DNA of 64,000 nt from an uncultured delta proteobacterium (GTDB lineage Bacteria; Bdellovibrionota; FAC87; UBA2466), in NCBI GenBank assembly GCA_963778115.1, contig CAVZSV010000004.1:2880001-2944000 (forward strand), written 5' to 3'. The stretch's first letter is position 1; each line of letters starts with the position of its first letter. The position numbers were made by a program, and so were the translations under genes. Below, piece after piece: positions 30,551 through 41,615 of the stretch. The notes beneath the pieces are model-generated. The model was not told where the DNA came from. It made no database searches and was given only the letters and a program-made list of their open reading frames with translations.

Positions 30551-30570
30551 GTGCTACATTTGTGCTACAT
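30551..30570 (+). repeat. Tandem GTGCTACAT repeat (11-bp period), putative arm-type sites
   Basis: GTGCTACAT-TT-GTGCTACAT. Confidence 0.65.
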
Positions 30571-30684
30571 CGAACTGAAAAGGTCACATCAGAGCGGCTA
30601 CGCCGCTTTATCCTAATTTTAATCTTGAGATTAATCCTTAATGATTTCCCGCTGGTTCGGGAGATCTATCCGGTTGGTCAAATA

Positions 30685-30758
<74 letters not shown>

Positions 30759-30964
30759 ACAAAAATGTCAGAGCCGGAGAGTACGGGGGCAGGGGCGGGA
30801 TGTCAAATCTAACAATTGGATAAGGTTGGGTTTATGGTCGTTGAGTTGAAATAGTTGAGCGCTATCGGTGGATTACTGAGAGGGGGGACGGGGTGCGATC
30901 ATCGTCCGCACTGGCGTGGAGTCAGGTTACTTCGGCTTTGCCTTCGCCTCGCCATGACCTCTTC

Positions 30965-31840
30965 CTAGTTCACCAGATCAGTGGGTGGCTCTTCGGAAGA
31001 AGGCTCGGTCTCCATAGGGGGCTCGCCAGTGTCTCCTTCGCAGACCGCTTCGGCCGTTGCCCCTTTTCGCGGCTTACGAAAAGGTTTCTGATAAGCCAAA
31101 AATCCTTCCAGGGCGGCTTCGTTTTCCGTGGCGATTTCGGCATGCAGAGGCGATTCATGAATCTCTTTGTCCGCGCGTTGAGCGCTTTGGATAAGGGTAT
31201 CGATCTCTTGAAGGCCTTGCGTGTCCTCAACGATCTCTTGAGGAGTGGGAGTGGTTGCGATGAATCTTTCAAGTCCATCTTCCAGGGGCTTTGTCGGATC
31301 TTCGGTGTTGCCTTGAAGTTGTTCCAATTCAGATAGCGGAGGCAATTCGCCTACCGACTTAAGTCCCGTTACTTCAAGGAATCGAGGCGTGGTGCAGTAT
31401 TGAACGGGCCTACCCGGAACATCGGCTTTACCTGCCATCTTGACGAGGCCGCGCTCGATGAGCGTTCGCATCAAGTGGGAGCTATCGATACCGCGAACTT
31501 TATCGATTTCAGCGCGCGTAATGGGTTGTCGATAGGCAATGATGGCCAAAGTTTCCAAGGCGGATCGTCCGAGACGGAACGGTTTGGTCTGTAAGAATTT
31601 ACGAATCCATTCAGCGTTTACGGCCTTACTGCAAAAATGGTATCCGCCTTGGGCCTCACGCAATTCAAAGCCATGGGTTTGATCGGCGTATTTAGCTTTG
31701 ATGGTTTCAATTAACGAGGCGATCTCTTGTTCCGAAACCGTTTCCGCTCCGAGCACTTCCACCAAGCGGGGCAGTGTCACAGGTCGGTCCGAGACGAACA
31801 GTATCGATTCGACGGCTGAAGTAAGTTGTTCCTGTTCCAT
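30965..31840 (-). CDS. scpB: SMC-Scp complex subunit ScpB
   Basis: ALETLAIIAYRQPITRAEIDKVRG, GRPVQYCTT..FL. Confidence 0.95.
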   Translation of the reverse strand: MEQEQLTSAVESILFVSDRPVTLPRLVEVLGAETVSEQEIASLIETIKAKYADQTHGFELREAQGGYHFCSKAVNAEWIRKFLQTKPFRLGRSALETLAIIAYRQPITRAEIDKVRGIDSSHLMRTLIERGLVKMAGKADVPGRPVQYCTTPRFLEVTGLKSVGELPPLSELEQLQGNTEDPTKPLEDGLERFIATTPTPQEIVEDTQGLQEIDTLIQSAQRADKEIHESPLHAEIATENEAALEGFLAYQKPFRKPRKGATAEAVCEGDTGEPPMETEPSSEEPPTDLVN

Positions 31841-31889
31841 AATCGTCTCCTAAAACACTTAAAATTGGTCACTTAACAAACTTGCCCAG

Positions 31890-32727
31890 TTAAAACTGGT
31901 CAAGTAACCCCATATTCAACTCGCGCACACTACGAACTTTTCTGATTTGAATGGGTCCAAAAGTTTCGGTCTGCAGAATCTCTACAAATTTTAACTTCGC
32001 TAATTCCAGTACCGCCATAAAACTTAAGATGACATCAAATCGTCGGGTACCCGGCGGAATAAGCGTAGAGAATTCGATGATGCCTTGCTCGTCTAAATAA
32101 TTACCCACGGTGGTAACCCGTTCTCTAAGAGAAGTCGTATCCACCGATATCTGAATGGGCGGCCGTTCGGTGCGATCGGTTGCAATTTTCAGACAAAGAA
32201 GGAGTTGAAAAGTGTCGACCGGATCCAAGGGCGCATCTAATAAACTTTCCACTGGAAGCACTTCAGCGGTTGTCGCCGGACGAGCGTAGAGATCTCGGTC
32301 CAACCACGGCATCGCATCGATCTGTTGGGCTGCCTTTTTAAATCGTTCGTACTCGAGCAATTGAGCGACCAAAGGAAGCCTGAGGATCATCCTCATCTTT
32401 GGCCTGCTCGTCCACCGGAAGAAGAATCTGCGACTTCAAATGTAAGAGTGTCGAGGCCATGACGAAGAATTCACCAGCCACGTTCACATCAGGCTCAAAC
32501 ATCAGCTGAAGATGTTCAAAATAGCTTTTGCAGATTTGCGCGACCGGGATGTCGTAGATATTCAGCTGCTCCTTACGAATCAGATGAAGCAGTAGATCGA
32601 GCGGCCCCTCAAAGACGGGCGTTTTTACTCGATAATCCTCCCGGGCAGGGCCTTCAGTAAGTGCCGGAATCGGCGTGTCACTAAAAACATCCTTAAGGGG
32701 GCTTTGTCCCTTTGAATCCAAGACCAT
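31890..32727 (-). CDS. scpA: Segregation/condensation protein A (one apparent frameshift near 32385)
   Basis: FEGPLDLLLHLI...EDDP in one frame, RLPLVAQLLEYERFK...FMAVLEL in another. Confidence 0.9.
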
Positions 32728-32832
32728 TGGACCCTATATATACCACTTTTGTTTCCCGTAGTCGCCAGGGGTTTTCACCACTATTTCAAGCCCTTGACGC
32801 TTGGCAGGAACCGGATTGCGGGTCCACGGCGG

Positions 32833-34224
32833 TTACGCCGCTTTCTTTCCCGCTTTGGAGGGAGGCCCTTTCTTTCTCCAAACCCGCATTCTCTGGAAGG
32901 GATAGGCAAAACCGTTAAAAAACGAAACGGCTACCGGCAATGGGCTTAGAGGAATGAATTTGCGGCTGTCCCGAACAATGGTCCGAAGCACAAAGACGGT
33001 CGCCAACCGACCCGCGCATGAGAGGCCGAATAAAATGAAATAGGTGCTAGTCTTTCCCGGCATCGCATCTAATAGAGTCGCTCCTACCAGTGAAGCGATG
33101 GAGATCACAACCGCGTTGGCCACGTTATAGAAAGTAAGGGCGGTGATGCGCACTTCGTTTCCAATGGTTTCAAAGATCATAAGAATGGTGGCTAGCTCAA
33201 AAGCGGCCCACACGCATCCGGCTAAGATTTGGATGGCTAAGATATACCAAAAATTTGCACAGACGATCCACAGCGCGGGAATCAAACAGATGCCGATACC
33301 TCCCGTCCACAAAAGTGAGTGGGTGCCATGTTCCCGACCACATCTCGCAAGCCAAGGGTAAATGCAAACCCGGGCCCCGTAAGCCGCGGCCGTCAGAATG
33401 GCATATTGGGGATAACTAAATTTGATGTGTTTTAAGAGATAGGGGGTGAAGTAAGGGTTCGAAGTATAGACGGCGAATTGAACGCAAAGAAAATAGCAAA
33501 GCAGTCTAAAGACATCGGGATGGTTTTTAAAGACTGCAGTGAGATCCGAAAGGGCCAGTGGTTTGGTATGAGCTTTTGAAGGCGTAAAATCCGTTTGGTG
33601 GGCCATTAATCGAGCACTCACGGCTCGAGCAAGAAAGCTAACGCCGAAAGCTATCGCGAACGGCCAAAGTTTCTTAGACTCTCCCGAACCCTTTAGCAGC
33701 CAGCCGCCTGCCAGAAACCCCACCATGGCGAGGAGCTGGTTCCATCGATTTCGTTTCGCGCAAAATCCTTTTCGAATGCACGCGGGGGTCGTAGCGCCAA
33801 TCCAGCTATTCCAAGCGGCACTTAGGCTCATGCTAGTTCCCCAATAAAGTGCCGCTACCATAAAGACAGCGGATGCCGGCAAGAAACCCACTAAGGCGCC
33901 GATCATCAGGGGGACAAAGGCCAAAGCTTGAAGGGAAGCACATAGCACCGCCCACCGTCGATAAGATCGAAAATAGCTGATGATCATGGGCGCTGCTAAT
34001 TGAATGAGCGCACCTACCAAAAGGGGAAGTGTAGTGATGAGTCCGCTGTTCACTTCGCCAAGCCCGATGGCGATGACGAAAGCGGGGATGTAGGTTTCTC
34101 CTAGCCCCACCATGAGGGCGAAGGTAGCTCCATCCATGAGGGACAGGCGGACGTCTTTTCTAAGTGTTACCGCATTGCGTCTAGAAGGGAGGGGAGCAAT
34201 TTTCAATTTCGGAGCAGCGGACAT
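32833..34224 (-). CDS. MFS transporter
   Basis: About 12 TM segments; SLMDG...MVGLGE N-terminal pattern. Confidence 0.85.
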   Translation of the reverse strand: MSAAPKLKIAPLPSRRNAVTLRKDVRLSLMDGATFALMVGLGETYIPAFVIAIGLGEVNSGLITTLPLLVGALIQLAAPMIISYFRSYRRWAVLCASLQALAFVPLMIGALVGFLPASAVFMVAALYWGTSMSLSAAWNSWIGATTPACIRKGFCAKRNRWNQLLAMVGFLAGGWLLKGSGESKKLWPFAIAFGVSFLARAVSARLMAHQTDFTPSKAHTKPLALSDLTAVFKNHPDVFRLLCYFLCVQFAVYTSNPYFTPYLLKHIKFSYPQYAILTAAAYGARVCIYPWLARCGREHGTHSLLWTGGIGICLIPALWIVCANFWYILAIQILAGCVWAAFELATILMIFETIGNEVRITALTFYNVANAVVISIASLVGATLLDAMPGKTSTYFILFGLSCAGRLATVFVLRTIVRDSRKFIPLSPLPVAVSFFNGFAYPFQRMRVWRKKGPPSKAGKKAA

Positions 34225-34309
34225 GCAAAAGCTATCGACCTCGTTCCCTTATCGGAACTGTCGATGCGTTTGTGAAGCAGAGGCGGAAGGAGTTGGGGGA
34301 GATTGGGCG

Positions 34310-35017
34310 TTATAAGAATAAGGTAACGGCAAGATCGTAAGACCAACCGCGCAGCGTTTGGCTGGTTCCTACGCTGTGCTGGTAGGAGAGGCCGAAATCA
34401 AAACCCCCAAACCAATCTCGATATTCGCCGGGGAGGAAAGTAACTCCTACGCTGCCGAAAAGGTTGGGGATCCAAAAAGTGTTATTCAACGCCAGATCGG
34501 AACTATTCTCGATGGTGATTTCGGTTCCAGCCCCAAAAACCAGCCAGGGCTTTAAGATAGGGTTATGAGAGCCTTGGTAAGCGGCTTTTAAGGCTATCGA
34601 TAGGGGAATCCAATTAAGATGAGCGCTTTCAGTTTGGACAAGCATGTTTCGATAGACATCCACGTTGCTTTGAGCGGCTCCGTAACCTGCTCGAAAGGTC
34701 CAAAATCCGTAAAAATTATCGATTCGTCCCAGCGCGCGAGTTAACCCTAGAGAGAAGGTTCTCATTCCGCTTAGCGCCCAGTAATTCGCGGTGGCGTTAT
34801 TGCGAGACAGGATAAAAACAGACGGGCTTAAGATAGATACTTGGGGGTCTAACTCCAGTGACGGCGATAAAGCCTGAGAAGAGGAGAAGCTAGTCTGACT
34901 CACCGGTTCGGTAAGGGACGGATCGGTGGGTAGCCTTGCAGGCGGAATATGGGAAGCGGCAAGAATGGGCAAAGCGAACGTCGCCCATGCCAGGGTGAGG
35001 TAGCAGTAAATTTTCAT
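34310..35017 (-). CDS. Putative outer-membrane beta-barrel protein
   Basis: Signal peptide, alternating beta-strands, C-terminal YDLAVTLFL. Confidence 0.6.
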   Translation of the reverse strand: MKIYCYLTLAWATFALPILAASHIPPARLPTDPSLTEPVSQTSFSSSQALSPSLELDPQVSILSPSVFILSRNNATANYWALSGMRTFSLGLTRALGRIDNFYGFWTFRAGYGAAQSNVDVYRNMLVQTESAHLNWIPLSIALKAAYQGSHNPILKPWLVFGAGTEITIENSSDLALNNTFWIPNLFGSVGVTFLPGEYRDWFGGFDFGLSYQHSVGTSQTLRGWSYDLAVTLFL

Positions 35018-35123
35018 GGGAATAAAAGAAGAAAGGAATGACTACTAGTTCTATTTTACCAACTCTAATGGACGATGCCAGTTTTTACTTGGGAGTAACG
35101 CAGATAGGCATTAGATTCGGCGG

Positions 35124-35726
35124 GTGCAAAAAATAACATCTCCTGAACGCCGCTCTGGAGGTCTAAGACCTCTGTTGCTGGGCGGCATTCTTCCTCTGGT
35201 TATCTACACGATCGTCGAGGAATACCATGGAGTTATTTGGGGGCTCGCGGCCGCAATGGCATTTGGCTTCGGCGAAATTCTTTCTGAAAAAATCTCACGG
35301 GGCCGGGTCGAGCCCATTACTTGGATAGGGAATATCCTAATCCTTTTTCTAGGAACCCTCTCACTTCTGACGAACGAAGGGATGTGGTTCAAGCTTCAGC
35401 CGGCCATTGTGGAAGCTTTGTTGGGAGTTTTTATGCTGGGCTCGGTACTGGTCGGCAAACCCTTTTTGATTTTATTGGCCCGCGAGCAAGGGATGCTAGA
35501 CTCCATCCCCGCTCAAAAGCAGCGGGCCCTAAACGAAAGTTTTTCCAGCTTTACGACTAGGATGGGAATCTTCTTTTTACTCCACGCCGGACTTGCTTTG
35601 TGGGCGGCCCTGCGTTGGACCACACGCGCGTGGGTGCTCCTTAAAGGAGTTGGCTTTACAGGCAGTTTTCTCGTCTATGGTCTTATCGAAGTGTGGTGGA
35701 TGAGAAAACAGATGCGAAGTCTTTAA
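35124..35726 (+). CDS. Intracellular septation protein A (YciB/IspZ family)
   Basis: LGTLSLL.NEGMWFKLQPAI, WVLLKG motifs. Confidence 0.75.
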   Translation: MQKITSPERRSGGLRPLLLGGILPLVIYTIVEEYHGVIWGLAAAMAFGFGEILSEKISRGRVEPITWIGNILILFLGTLSLLTNEGMWFKLQPAIVEALLGVFMLGSVLVGKPFLILLAREQGMLDSIPAQKQRALNESFSSFTTRMGIFFLLHAGLALWAALRWTTRAWVLLKGVGFTGSFLVYGLIEVWWMRKQMRSL

Positions 35727-35741
35727 AAGGTACCTTTTAAG

Positions 35742-36785
35742 TTAGAAAATACTAAGTTGTGGGTCTTTTGAGCTCTTGCCGTAAGGAATGCCCAAATGCT
35801 GGTAAGCGTGCTCCGTGGCAATTCTTCCTCGGCTGGTGCGGTTAATGTATCCGCACTGAATAAGGTAGGGTTCGTAAACGTCTTCGATAGTTTCTTTCTC
35901 TTCGCTTAGAGCCGAGCCCAAAGTGTCGACTCCGACAGGCCCGCCTCCAAATTTTTCGATGATAGTGCGTAGTAAAAGTCTATCCATCGTGTCGAGTCCC
36001 TGCTTGTCGACATCCAGCATATCAAGAGCGGCTGCAGCAACTTCGCGAGTGATAACTCCATTCGCCTTGATCTCAGCGTAATCGCGTACTCGTCGCAGAA
36101 GGCGGTTGGCGATTCGAGGAGTTCCCCGAGAGCGCCTGCTGATTTCAAGTGCTCCTTCCATCTCAACCCGACATTTTAAAATCCCAGCCGATCGAACAAT
36201 AATCATCTGCAGATCTTCGGGAGCATAGTAATCGAGCCGTAACACCATTCCGAATCGGCCCATGAGCGGAGAGGTGAGTAAGCCCGCTCGAGTGGTAGCA
36301 CCAATAAGGGTAAAAGGAGGCAGGTTTAACTTCATTACTCTGGCACTGGGCCCCTGGCCCAAGACAATATCCAAATGAAAATCTTCGAGGGCGGGATACA
36401 AAGATTCTTCCACGACGCGATTGAGTCGGTGTATTTCGTCGATAAATAAAATATCCCTGGGACTTAAATTCGTTAAGATGGCAGCTAAGTCTCCCGACTT
36501 TTCCAAAGCCGGCCCCGAAGTCGAAACGAGTTGAACGCCCAACTCTCTAGCCAGCACGTGGGCTAGAGAGGTTTTGCCGAGTCCTGGTGGCCCGTGAAAG
36601 AGCGTGTGATCGAGAGCATCTCCGCGTTGTTTCGCGGCATCGACAAAGATCTTAAGCTTGCCCTTTAATTCGACCTGGCCGATAAATTCAGAAATATTTT
36701 TTGGTCGAAGCGAAGTATCTATAGGAACGTCTTCTTCATGGGGACGCTGATCTAAAATTTTATCTAAATCGTCCATATCACTCAT
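35742..36785 (-). CDS. ruvB: Holliday junction branch-migration helicase RuvB
   Basis: LRP...[34 protein letters not shown]. Confidence 0.98.
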   Translation of the reverse strand: MSDMDDLDKILDQRPHEEDVPIDTSLRPKNISEFIGQVELKGKLKIFVDAAKQRGDALDHTLFHGPPGLGKTSLAHVLARELGVQLVSTSGPALEKSGDLAAILTNLSPRDILFIDEIHRLNRVVEESLYPALEDFHLDIVLGQGPSARVMKLNLPPFTLIGATTRAGLLTSPLMGRFGMVLRLDYYAPEDLQMIIVRSAGILKCRVEMEGALEISRRSRGTPRIANRLLRRVRDYAEIKANGVITREVAAAALDMLDVDKQGLDTMDRLLLRTIIEKFGGGPVGVDTLGSALSEEKETIEDVYEPYLIQCGYINRTSRGRIATEHAYQHLGIPYGKSSKDPQLSIF

Positions 36786-37420
36786 GCGTGCCGAACCGAC
36801 ATCTCTTTAAGGGCGGTTTTCAAACAGACTTCGAAACTTTGGGTGCTCGTCTTATCATCTTCAAAAAGCTTATCTAGAGTCGACTTCACTTGAGTGGGGA
36901 TATAACCCAAGTTGAGCAGAGCCGAAGTGAGATCGTCTTTGAGCTGCCGCTCCGGGGAGCTAGCTACTTGCGGTTTGCCCGAAGTGGATCTTTCGACCTT
37001 ATCCAGCCACGCCCATTTTTCGACTTTACTGGCCAATTCCAATACCAATTTCTGCGCTAGCTTCTTGCCGACTCCAGGAGCGGTCGCTATCTCGTCGAAC
37101 TCTTTGTGCAGGATGAAGTGGACTAATTTTTCAGGGCTATGTTCTCCCAAAAGGGCCAAAGCAGTTTTGGGACCAAGCCCAGAAACTCCTATCAGCTGCT
37201 TGAAAAAAAGTTTCTCGTTCTCTGTCCCAAATCCGAATAGTGCTAGCTGGTCTTCGCGAACATGAGTATGTAGCCAAAGGCTTATCTTACTATTAACCAG
37301 AACAGTTTCGAAATACCGCTGGGGAAGTGTGACTTCAAATCCCATGCGGTGAACGAGAACCACGATGCTGTGCGCATCGGCGTTCTTGGTCAAAACTTTT
37401 CCTTGGATGAACCCCAACAT
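36782..37420 (-). CDS. ruvA: Holliday junction DNA-binding protein RuvA
   Basis: [25 protein letters not shown]. Confidence 0.96.
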   Translation of the reverse strand: MLGFIQGKVLTKNADAHSIVVLVHRMGFEVTLPQRYFETVLVNSKISLWLHTHVREDQLALFGFGTENEKLFFKQLIGVSGLGPKTALALLGEHSPEKLVHFILHKEFDEIATAPGVGKKLAQKLVLELASKVEKWAWLDKVERSTSGKPQVASSPERQLKDDLTSALLNLGYIPTQVKSTLDKLFEDDKTSTQSFEVCLKTALKEMSVRHA

Positions 37421-37461
37421 AATGGGCCTATCCTGGCATAAGCCAATTTACCTGGGTAGAT

Positions 37462-37607
37462 TAAAACGAGATTATGGCGGACGCTTTTGGGGCAGGACTT
37501 CGTTGCGCTCAAAAAATGGGCTCCAACGGCCAGGTCGGCCGCCTCCGCCCATTTTTCGAGCGCGCCTGGCCCTGCCCCAAAATCGTCTCGCCCTAATTCT
37601 CGTTTTA
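37462..37607. repeat. Long nested imperfect inverted repeat (REP/MITE-like or structured RNA)
   Basis: Stacked stems TAAAACGAGA/TCTCGTTTTA, TTTTGGGGCAGG/CCTGCCCCAAAA, GCGCTCAAAAAATGGGC/GCCCATTTTTCGAGCGC. Confidence 0.75.
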
Positions 37608-37625
37608 CCTAAATAACCGAGCATC

Positions 37626-38141
37626 CTACAGAGTCGCGGGGCTTCGGGCGGAGGTGGCCATCGATTCCAAACGCAGAGTACTCGCATGGCAAATGGCGAC
37701 GGCCAGAGCGTCCGTTGCGTCGTGACGATCGGCTATTTTCGCTTTTAACGTCAGCTCCACCATCTTTCTGACCTGCTCTTTATCGGCGCGGCCGTAGCCG
37801 GTAACCACTGACTTCACTTGGGTGGGGGCATATTCGAAGATAGCGATCTTTCTTTTGAGACAGGCCCCAATGGCGACTCCGCGAGCAATGCCCAGATGGA
37901 ATGCGCTTCTGGCATTTTTGGAGTGAAATAGATCTTCAACAGCGACTTCATGGGGCTTCCAAAGGTCGAGCAAGATTTCTAACCTTTCCGCTATCACTTC
38001 GAGACGGGGATAAAGCGTCTGCTTAGCGGGAGCTGAGATAGCTTCCGCGGAGATTAGCGTAAGTGTATTTCCTCGTTTGTGGATACAACCCACGCCGAGA
38101 AAATGAGAGCCTGGATCGATTCCAAGAATGATCTTATTCAT
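37626..38141 (-). CDS. ruvC: Crossover junction endodeoxyribonuclease RuvC
   Basis: ILGIDPG, VAVE, EYAPTQVK..VTGYGRADK.QV, DALAVAICH. Confidence 0.97.
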   Translation of the reverse strand: MNKIILGIDPGSHFLGVGCIHKRGNTLTLISAEAISAPAKQTLYPRLEVIAERLEILLDLWKPHEVAVEDLFHSKNARSAFHLGIARGVAIGACLKRKIAIFEYAPTQVKSVVTGYGRADKEQVRKMVELTLKAKIADRHDATDALAVAICHASTLRLESMATSARSPATL

Positions 38142-38155
38142 TAATAGTTACAGAA

Positions 38156-38908
38156 CTATTTGTTAGCCAACTGCTCGAACAGTTTATCATCCATTTCGAA
38201 ATTGGCATGAACGTTCTGAACGTCGTCGTGCTCTTCCACCGCTTCCAAGAATTTGAGGAGCTTCGAGGCGTTTTCGCCCTCGACTCGAACGGTGGATTTC
38301 GGAGTATAGCTAAAGCCCGCGGACATCGGATGCATTCCCACCTTTTCGAAGGCCTCTTTCACGGAGTAAAGCTCATTGACTTCGGTAGTCACATCCACGG
38401 TCTCGCCGCCTTCGGAGACGTCCTTAGCTCCGGCTTCTAGTGCGACTTCCATCACCTTATCTTCGGGATTTTTCTCCTTCTCAAAGAGAAGTTGCCCGCA
38501 GCGATCGAACATCCAAGCAACGGAATTGGTCTCTCCCAAATGGCCTCCGTTGGTCTTGAAGATAACGCGCAGGTCATTAACCGTGCGATTTTTGTTGTCC
38601 GTTGCGGTTTCGATAATAACGGCAACTCCTCCGGGACCATAACCCTCGTAAACCAGCTCTTCGATGATATCGCCTTCAAGTTCCCCCGTTCCCTTTTTTA
38701 CGGCACGTTCGATATTTTCTCTGGGCATGCTGGCCGCTTTGGCGATGGAAATAGCGGTGCGAAGCCTGGGGTTGCCGTCGGAATCACCTCCGCCCATGCG
38801 AGCCGCGACGGTAATTTCCTTAATGATCTTCGTAAATAATTTACCGCGCTTGGCATCCGCGGGTCCTTTGATCCGCTTAACCTTGCTCCATCTATTATGG
38901 CCGGACAT
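38156..38908 (-). CDS. yebC: YebC/PmpR family protein
   Basis: MSGHNRWS, YEGYGPGG, TDNKNRT, DDVQNV. Confidence 0.96.
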   Translation of the reverse strand: MSGHNRWSKVKRIKGPADAKRGKLFTKIIKEITVAARMGGGDSDGNPRLRTAISIAKAASMPRENIERAVKKGTGELEGDIIEELVYEGYGPGGVAVIIETATDNKNRTVNDLRVIFKTNGGHLGETNSVAWMFDRCGQLLFEKEKNPEDKVMEVALEAGAKDVSEGGETVDVTTEVNELYSVKEAFEKVGMHPMSAGFSYTPKSTVRVEGENASKLLKFLEAVEEHDDVQNVHANFEMDDKLFEQLANK

Positions 38909-38920
38909 TAATGACTCCTC

Positions 38921-39091
38921 TTAGGAACGTGCGTTTTGCTCGATAAGACGTCCAACGAGAAAGAGCACCACACCGATTCCCAGCATCGTGAGCTCTTTGG
39001 TCATGGAATTGGTTTCGTAAAAGCCGACAAAAAGTGCGAGCGCCACGACTGCCATGGCGGCTGCTTGTAGGGACTTAGCGAAATAAAACAT
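38921..39091 (-). CDS. Small two-TM membrane protein
   Basis: GGAG RBS, two hydrophobic helices, co-oriented with yebC. Confidence 0.6.
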   Translation of the reverse strand: MFYFAKSLQAAAMAVVALALFVGFYETNSMTKELTMLGIGVVLFLVGRLIEQNARS

Positions 39092-39154
39092 GAAGTCTCC
39101 TGAAACTGTCCGAATTCTATTCACATCAAGCCACAAATCAATGAAAATGCGGGC

Positions 39155-39922
39155 ATGTCCACCGTAGTAACGCTACTTACCGATTTTGGGACCCGAGATA
39201 CTTATGTCGCTGAGATGAAAGGCGTTTTGTCGGCTTCTCCTCGAATTACGCTGGTAGATTTGAGCCACCATGTCCCTTCTTACAGCGTTCGCTGGGGGGC
39301 TTTTTTGCTGTGGCGCGCCTATTCGAGTTTTCCTAAAGGCAGCTGGCATCTAGCAGTCGTAGATCCCGGAGTCGGAACCGCACGTCGTGCTCTTTATGTA
39401 AAAGCCGGTCCCTATCATTTCGTGGGGCCCGACAACGGACTTCTGACTTGGGCGGTTCGCGATGCCGAAAAAAAGGCGCGAGTAAAGGCCAAAGCCTTTG
39501 AGATCCCGATCGATGGGGAAACAGGTCCTACTTTCCATGGCCGCGACGTTTTTGCTCCCTTTGTCTTAAAGAGTTTGAAGGGGACCTCTAAACCGAAGAC
39601 GCGTGCCGTAAAAGAGTTTTCCGGCGAGGACTTTCCCAAGGTGCGTCACGTCAATAAAGACGTCATAGGTGAAGTGATTGGAGTCGATCACTTCGGAAAT
39701 ATTGTGACTTCGGTTCCGTTTGAAGGGATGAAAAACGTCCAAGCCCATATCAAAGACCGAATGACGCTTCGAATGGCGGACAACTATCTGGCTATCCCAC
39801 CGGGGAATGCCGCGTTGATCCGCGGCTCCCACGGCTTATGGGAAATTAGCTGTCGCATGGGGTCTGCATCCGAAATGCTGAGATTAGTTCCCGGAGATCC
39901 GGTTACTTTCACTGCGCTGTGA
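39155..39922 (+). CDS. SAM hydroxide adenosyltransferase / chlorinase-fluorinase family (DUF62)
   Basis: LLTDFG, VVDPGVG, GPDNG, TFHGRDVFAP, DHFGN. Confidence 0.93.
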   Translation: MSTVVTLLTDFGTRDTYVAEMKGVLSASPRITLVDLSHHVPSYSVRWGAFLLWRAYSSFPKGSWHLAVVDPGVGTARRALYVKAGPYHFVGPDNGLLTWAVRDAEKKARVKAKAFEIPIDGETGPTFHGRDVFAPFVLKSLKGTSKPKTRAVKEFSGEDFPKVRHVNKDVIGEVIGVDHFGNIVTSVPFEGMKNVQAHIKDRMTLRMADNYLAIPPGNAALIRGSHGLWEISCRMGSASEMLRLVPGDPVTFTAL

Positions 39923-40002
39923 CACAATAGCACTCTGATTCCTCGTCGATTGTCGGAAGTTTGAAGTAGTTTCCCAACCTTACCCACTGATATAATTTAT
40001 CT

Positions 40003-40746
40003 ATGTTAAAACGAGTGTTCCTGATTCTGCTTTGTCTCTTCTTTGAAGTGTCCATTTGCTCCAAAGCATTCGCGAGCAAAGACTTTAAAGGAATGTTCGG
40101 TAATTATCAGGCCGATAAGTACACGGAAAACGAAGGTAACGACTCGGATTTCGGTATTGATATTTCACTGTCGACGATGATGCCACTATCCCCGGTCATT
40201 AGTAGCGCTCCGGCAGGAACGTCGAACTACACTTCGCTATATTCATCCATGTTTTTTAACGGTGAGATAAGTGCTTTTCTCACCTTCGCCTATCGTTGGG
40301 AGTTCTTTGCTTCCGTCGGCTATTACACTTATGACAGTCGCGTGCAGCTTCCCATATCGTATACCGCCCCACTGTATCTTTCCTATACCATGACCTCTAT
40401 TCCTGTCGTTGGTGGGGTCAGATATCGATTCGCGGATGGGGATATCGTTCCTTATGTAGGTGTCGGGGCAGGGGTCTCCTGGGTGACACGGCAAACAACG
40501 TACGACGATTCGACATTAAACGGCAGTGCGACGGGAAGCCAAAATTCCAGTGCTGTTCTGACCGGAGAGGTCGTGGGAGGATTTGAGTTCTTCTTTACCT
40601 CGCACGCCGGAGTTCGCTTAGAAGTATCGGCCTATTACCTGGCACTGCCCTCGGTTTATTACAATCCTCCCGGGAATGCGTCGGCACTTTACGCCGCCAA
40701 CCCCTGGTTCTTGCGATATTCCAGCGGAGTCTTCATCCTCTTCTAG
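40003..40746 (+). CDS. Outer-membrane beta-barrel protein
   Basis: Signal peptide; PYVGVGAG strand; C-terminal Phe. Confidence 0.75.
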   Translation: MLKRVFLILLCLFFEVSICSKAFASKDFKGMFGNYQADKYTENEGNDSDFGIDISLSTMMPLSPVISSAPAGTSNYTSLYSSMFFNGEISAFLTFAYRWEFFASVGYYTYDSRVQLPISYTAPLYLSYTMTSIPVVGGVRYRFADGDIVPYVGVGAGVSWVTRQTTYDDSTLNGSATGSQNSSAVLTGEVVGGFEFFFTSHAGVRLEVSAYYLALPSVYYNPPGNASALYAANPWFLRYSSGVFILF

Positions 40747-40911
40747 GCTATTTCATTCCCCAGGTTACGCATCCAGTCATGGAATCCACACTAATCTCAT
40801 AGTCTTGCGTTTATTGTCTTAAATTTCTGCCCCGTCTGCCGATAAGTGACATCGTAAGACCCTACACATCAGAAAGGGTCTTAAGGCATTTGGCCTAAAC
40901 GGGAGGAAGGT

Positions 40912-41601
40912 ATGGACGAGATAGTTAATATTGGTAATTTTGTCCGCGAAGGCGGAATTGCTAGCGCATTGGTTTGCGTAGTTGCCATTGCGGCGGTTGC
41001 AATCTCCATCGAGCGCTGGATTAAAATCCAATTTCAATACAGCGTCAACAGTCGGGCGTTCATGGCGAAGCTCAAAAAATATATTTTCAGCGACAACATT
41101 GATCGCGCCATCAGTCTTTGTAACAGCAAGAGCGAAGCGCTCTTGCCCAGAGTGCTGAAAAGCGGGCTCACCCGCGCTAAGGACTCGGTAGCCGACATCC
41201 AAAACGCCGTCGACGAGGCGACACTCGAAGTGATGCCGAAACTTGAAGCTCGGGCCCTTTACTTGCCGACGCTGGCCAATATGGCGACCCTATTAGGATT
41301 GTTCGGAACAATTACGGATTATCGTGGCTTCCGAGGAGCAGGACAAGCCGTGGATGCGGTCCAACGACAAGCGTTCTTACAAACAGCTATCGCTATGGCG
41401 ATGCATACGACCGCTTTAGGAATTATGGTCGCGATCCCAACACTATTTGTTCACGTCGGTATTGCAATCGAAGATTAACTCAATCATTTCCGACATCGAT
41501 CAGTATACCGTGAAACTCGTCAATTTCTCAGTGCCGCTCAGAAGATGGGCCGTCCTCAAGTGACGTCCGATGACGAAGATGCGGCACAAGCTAATGACTA
41601 A
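40912..41601 (+). CDS. MotA/TolQ/ExbB proton-channel protein (AglR-like), apparent frameshifts in the 3' part
   Basis: ATLLGLFGTI, AMHTTALGIMVAIP; reading continues in other frames to TAA at 41601. Confidence 0.85.
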
Positions 41602-41615
41602 AGAGGAATAGTGTT

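Noticed and set aside
31890..32727. Programmed frameshift or true pseudogene in scpA
   Set aside because: A single extra base with no slippery site in a conserved gene; a sequencing indel is more likely.
39155..39922. Fluorinase or chlorinase of a halometabolite pathway
   Set aside because: Housekeeping context with no biosynthetic genes; the common DUF62 SAM hydrolase is more likely.
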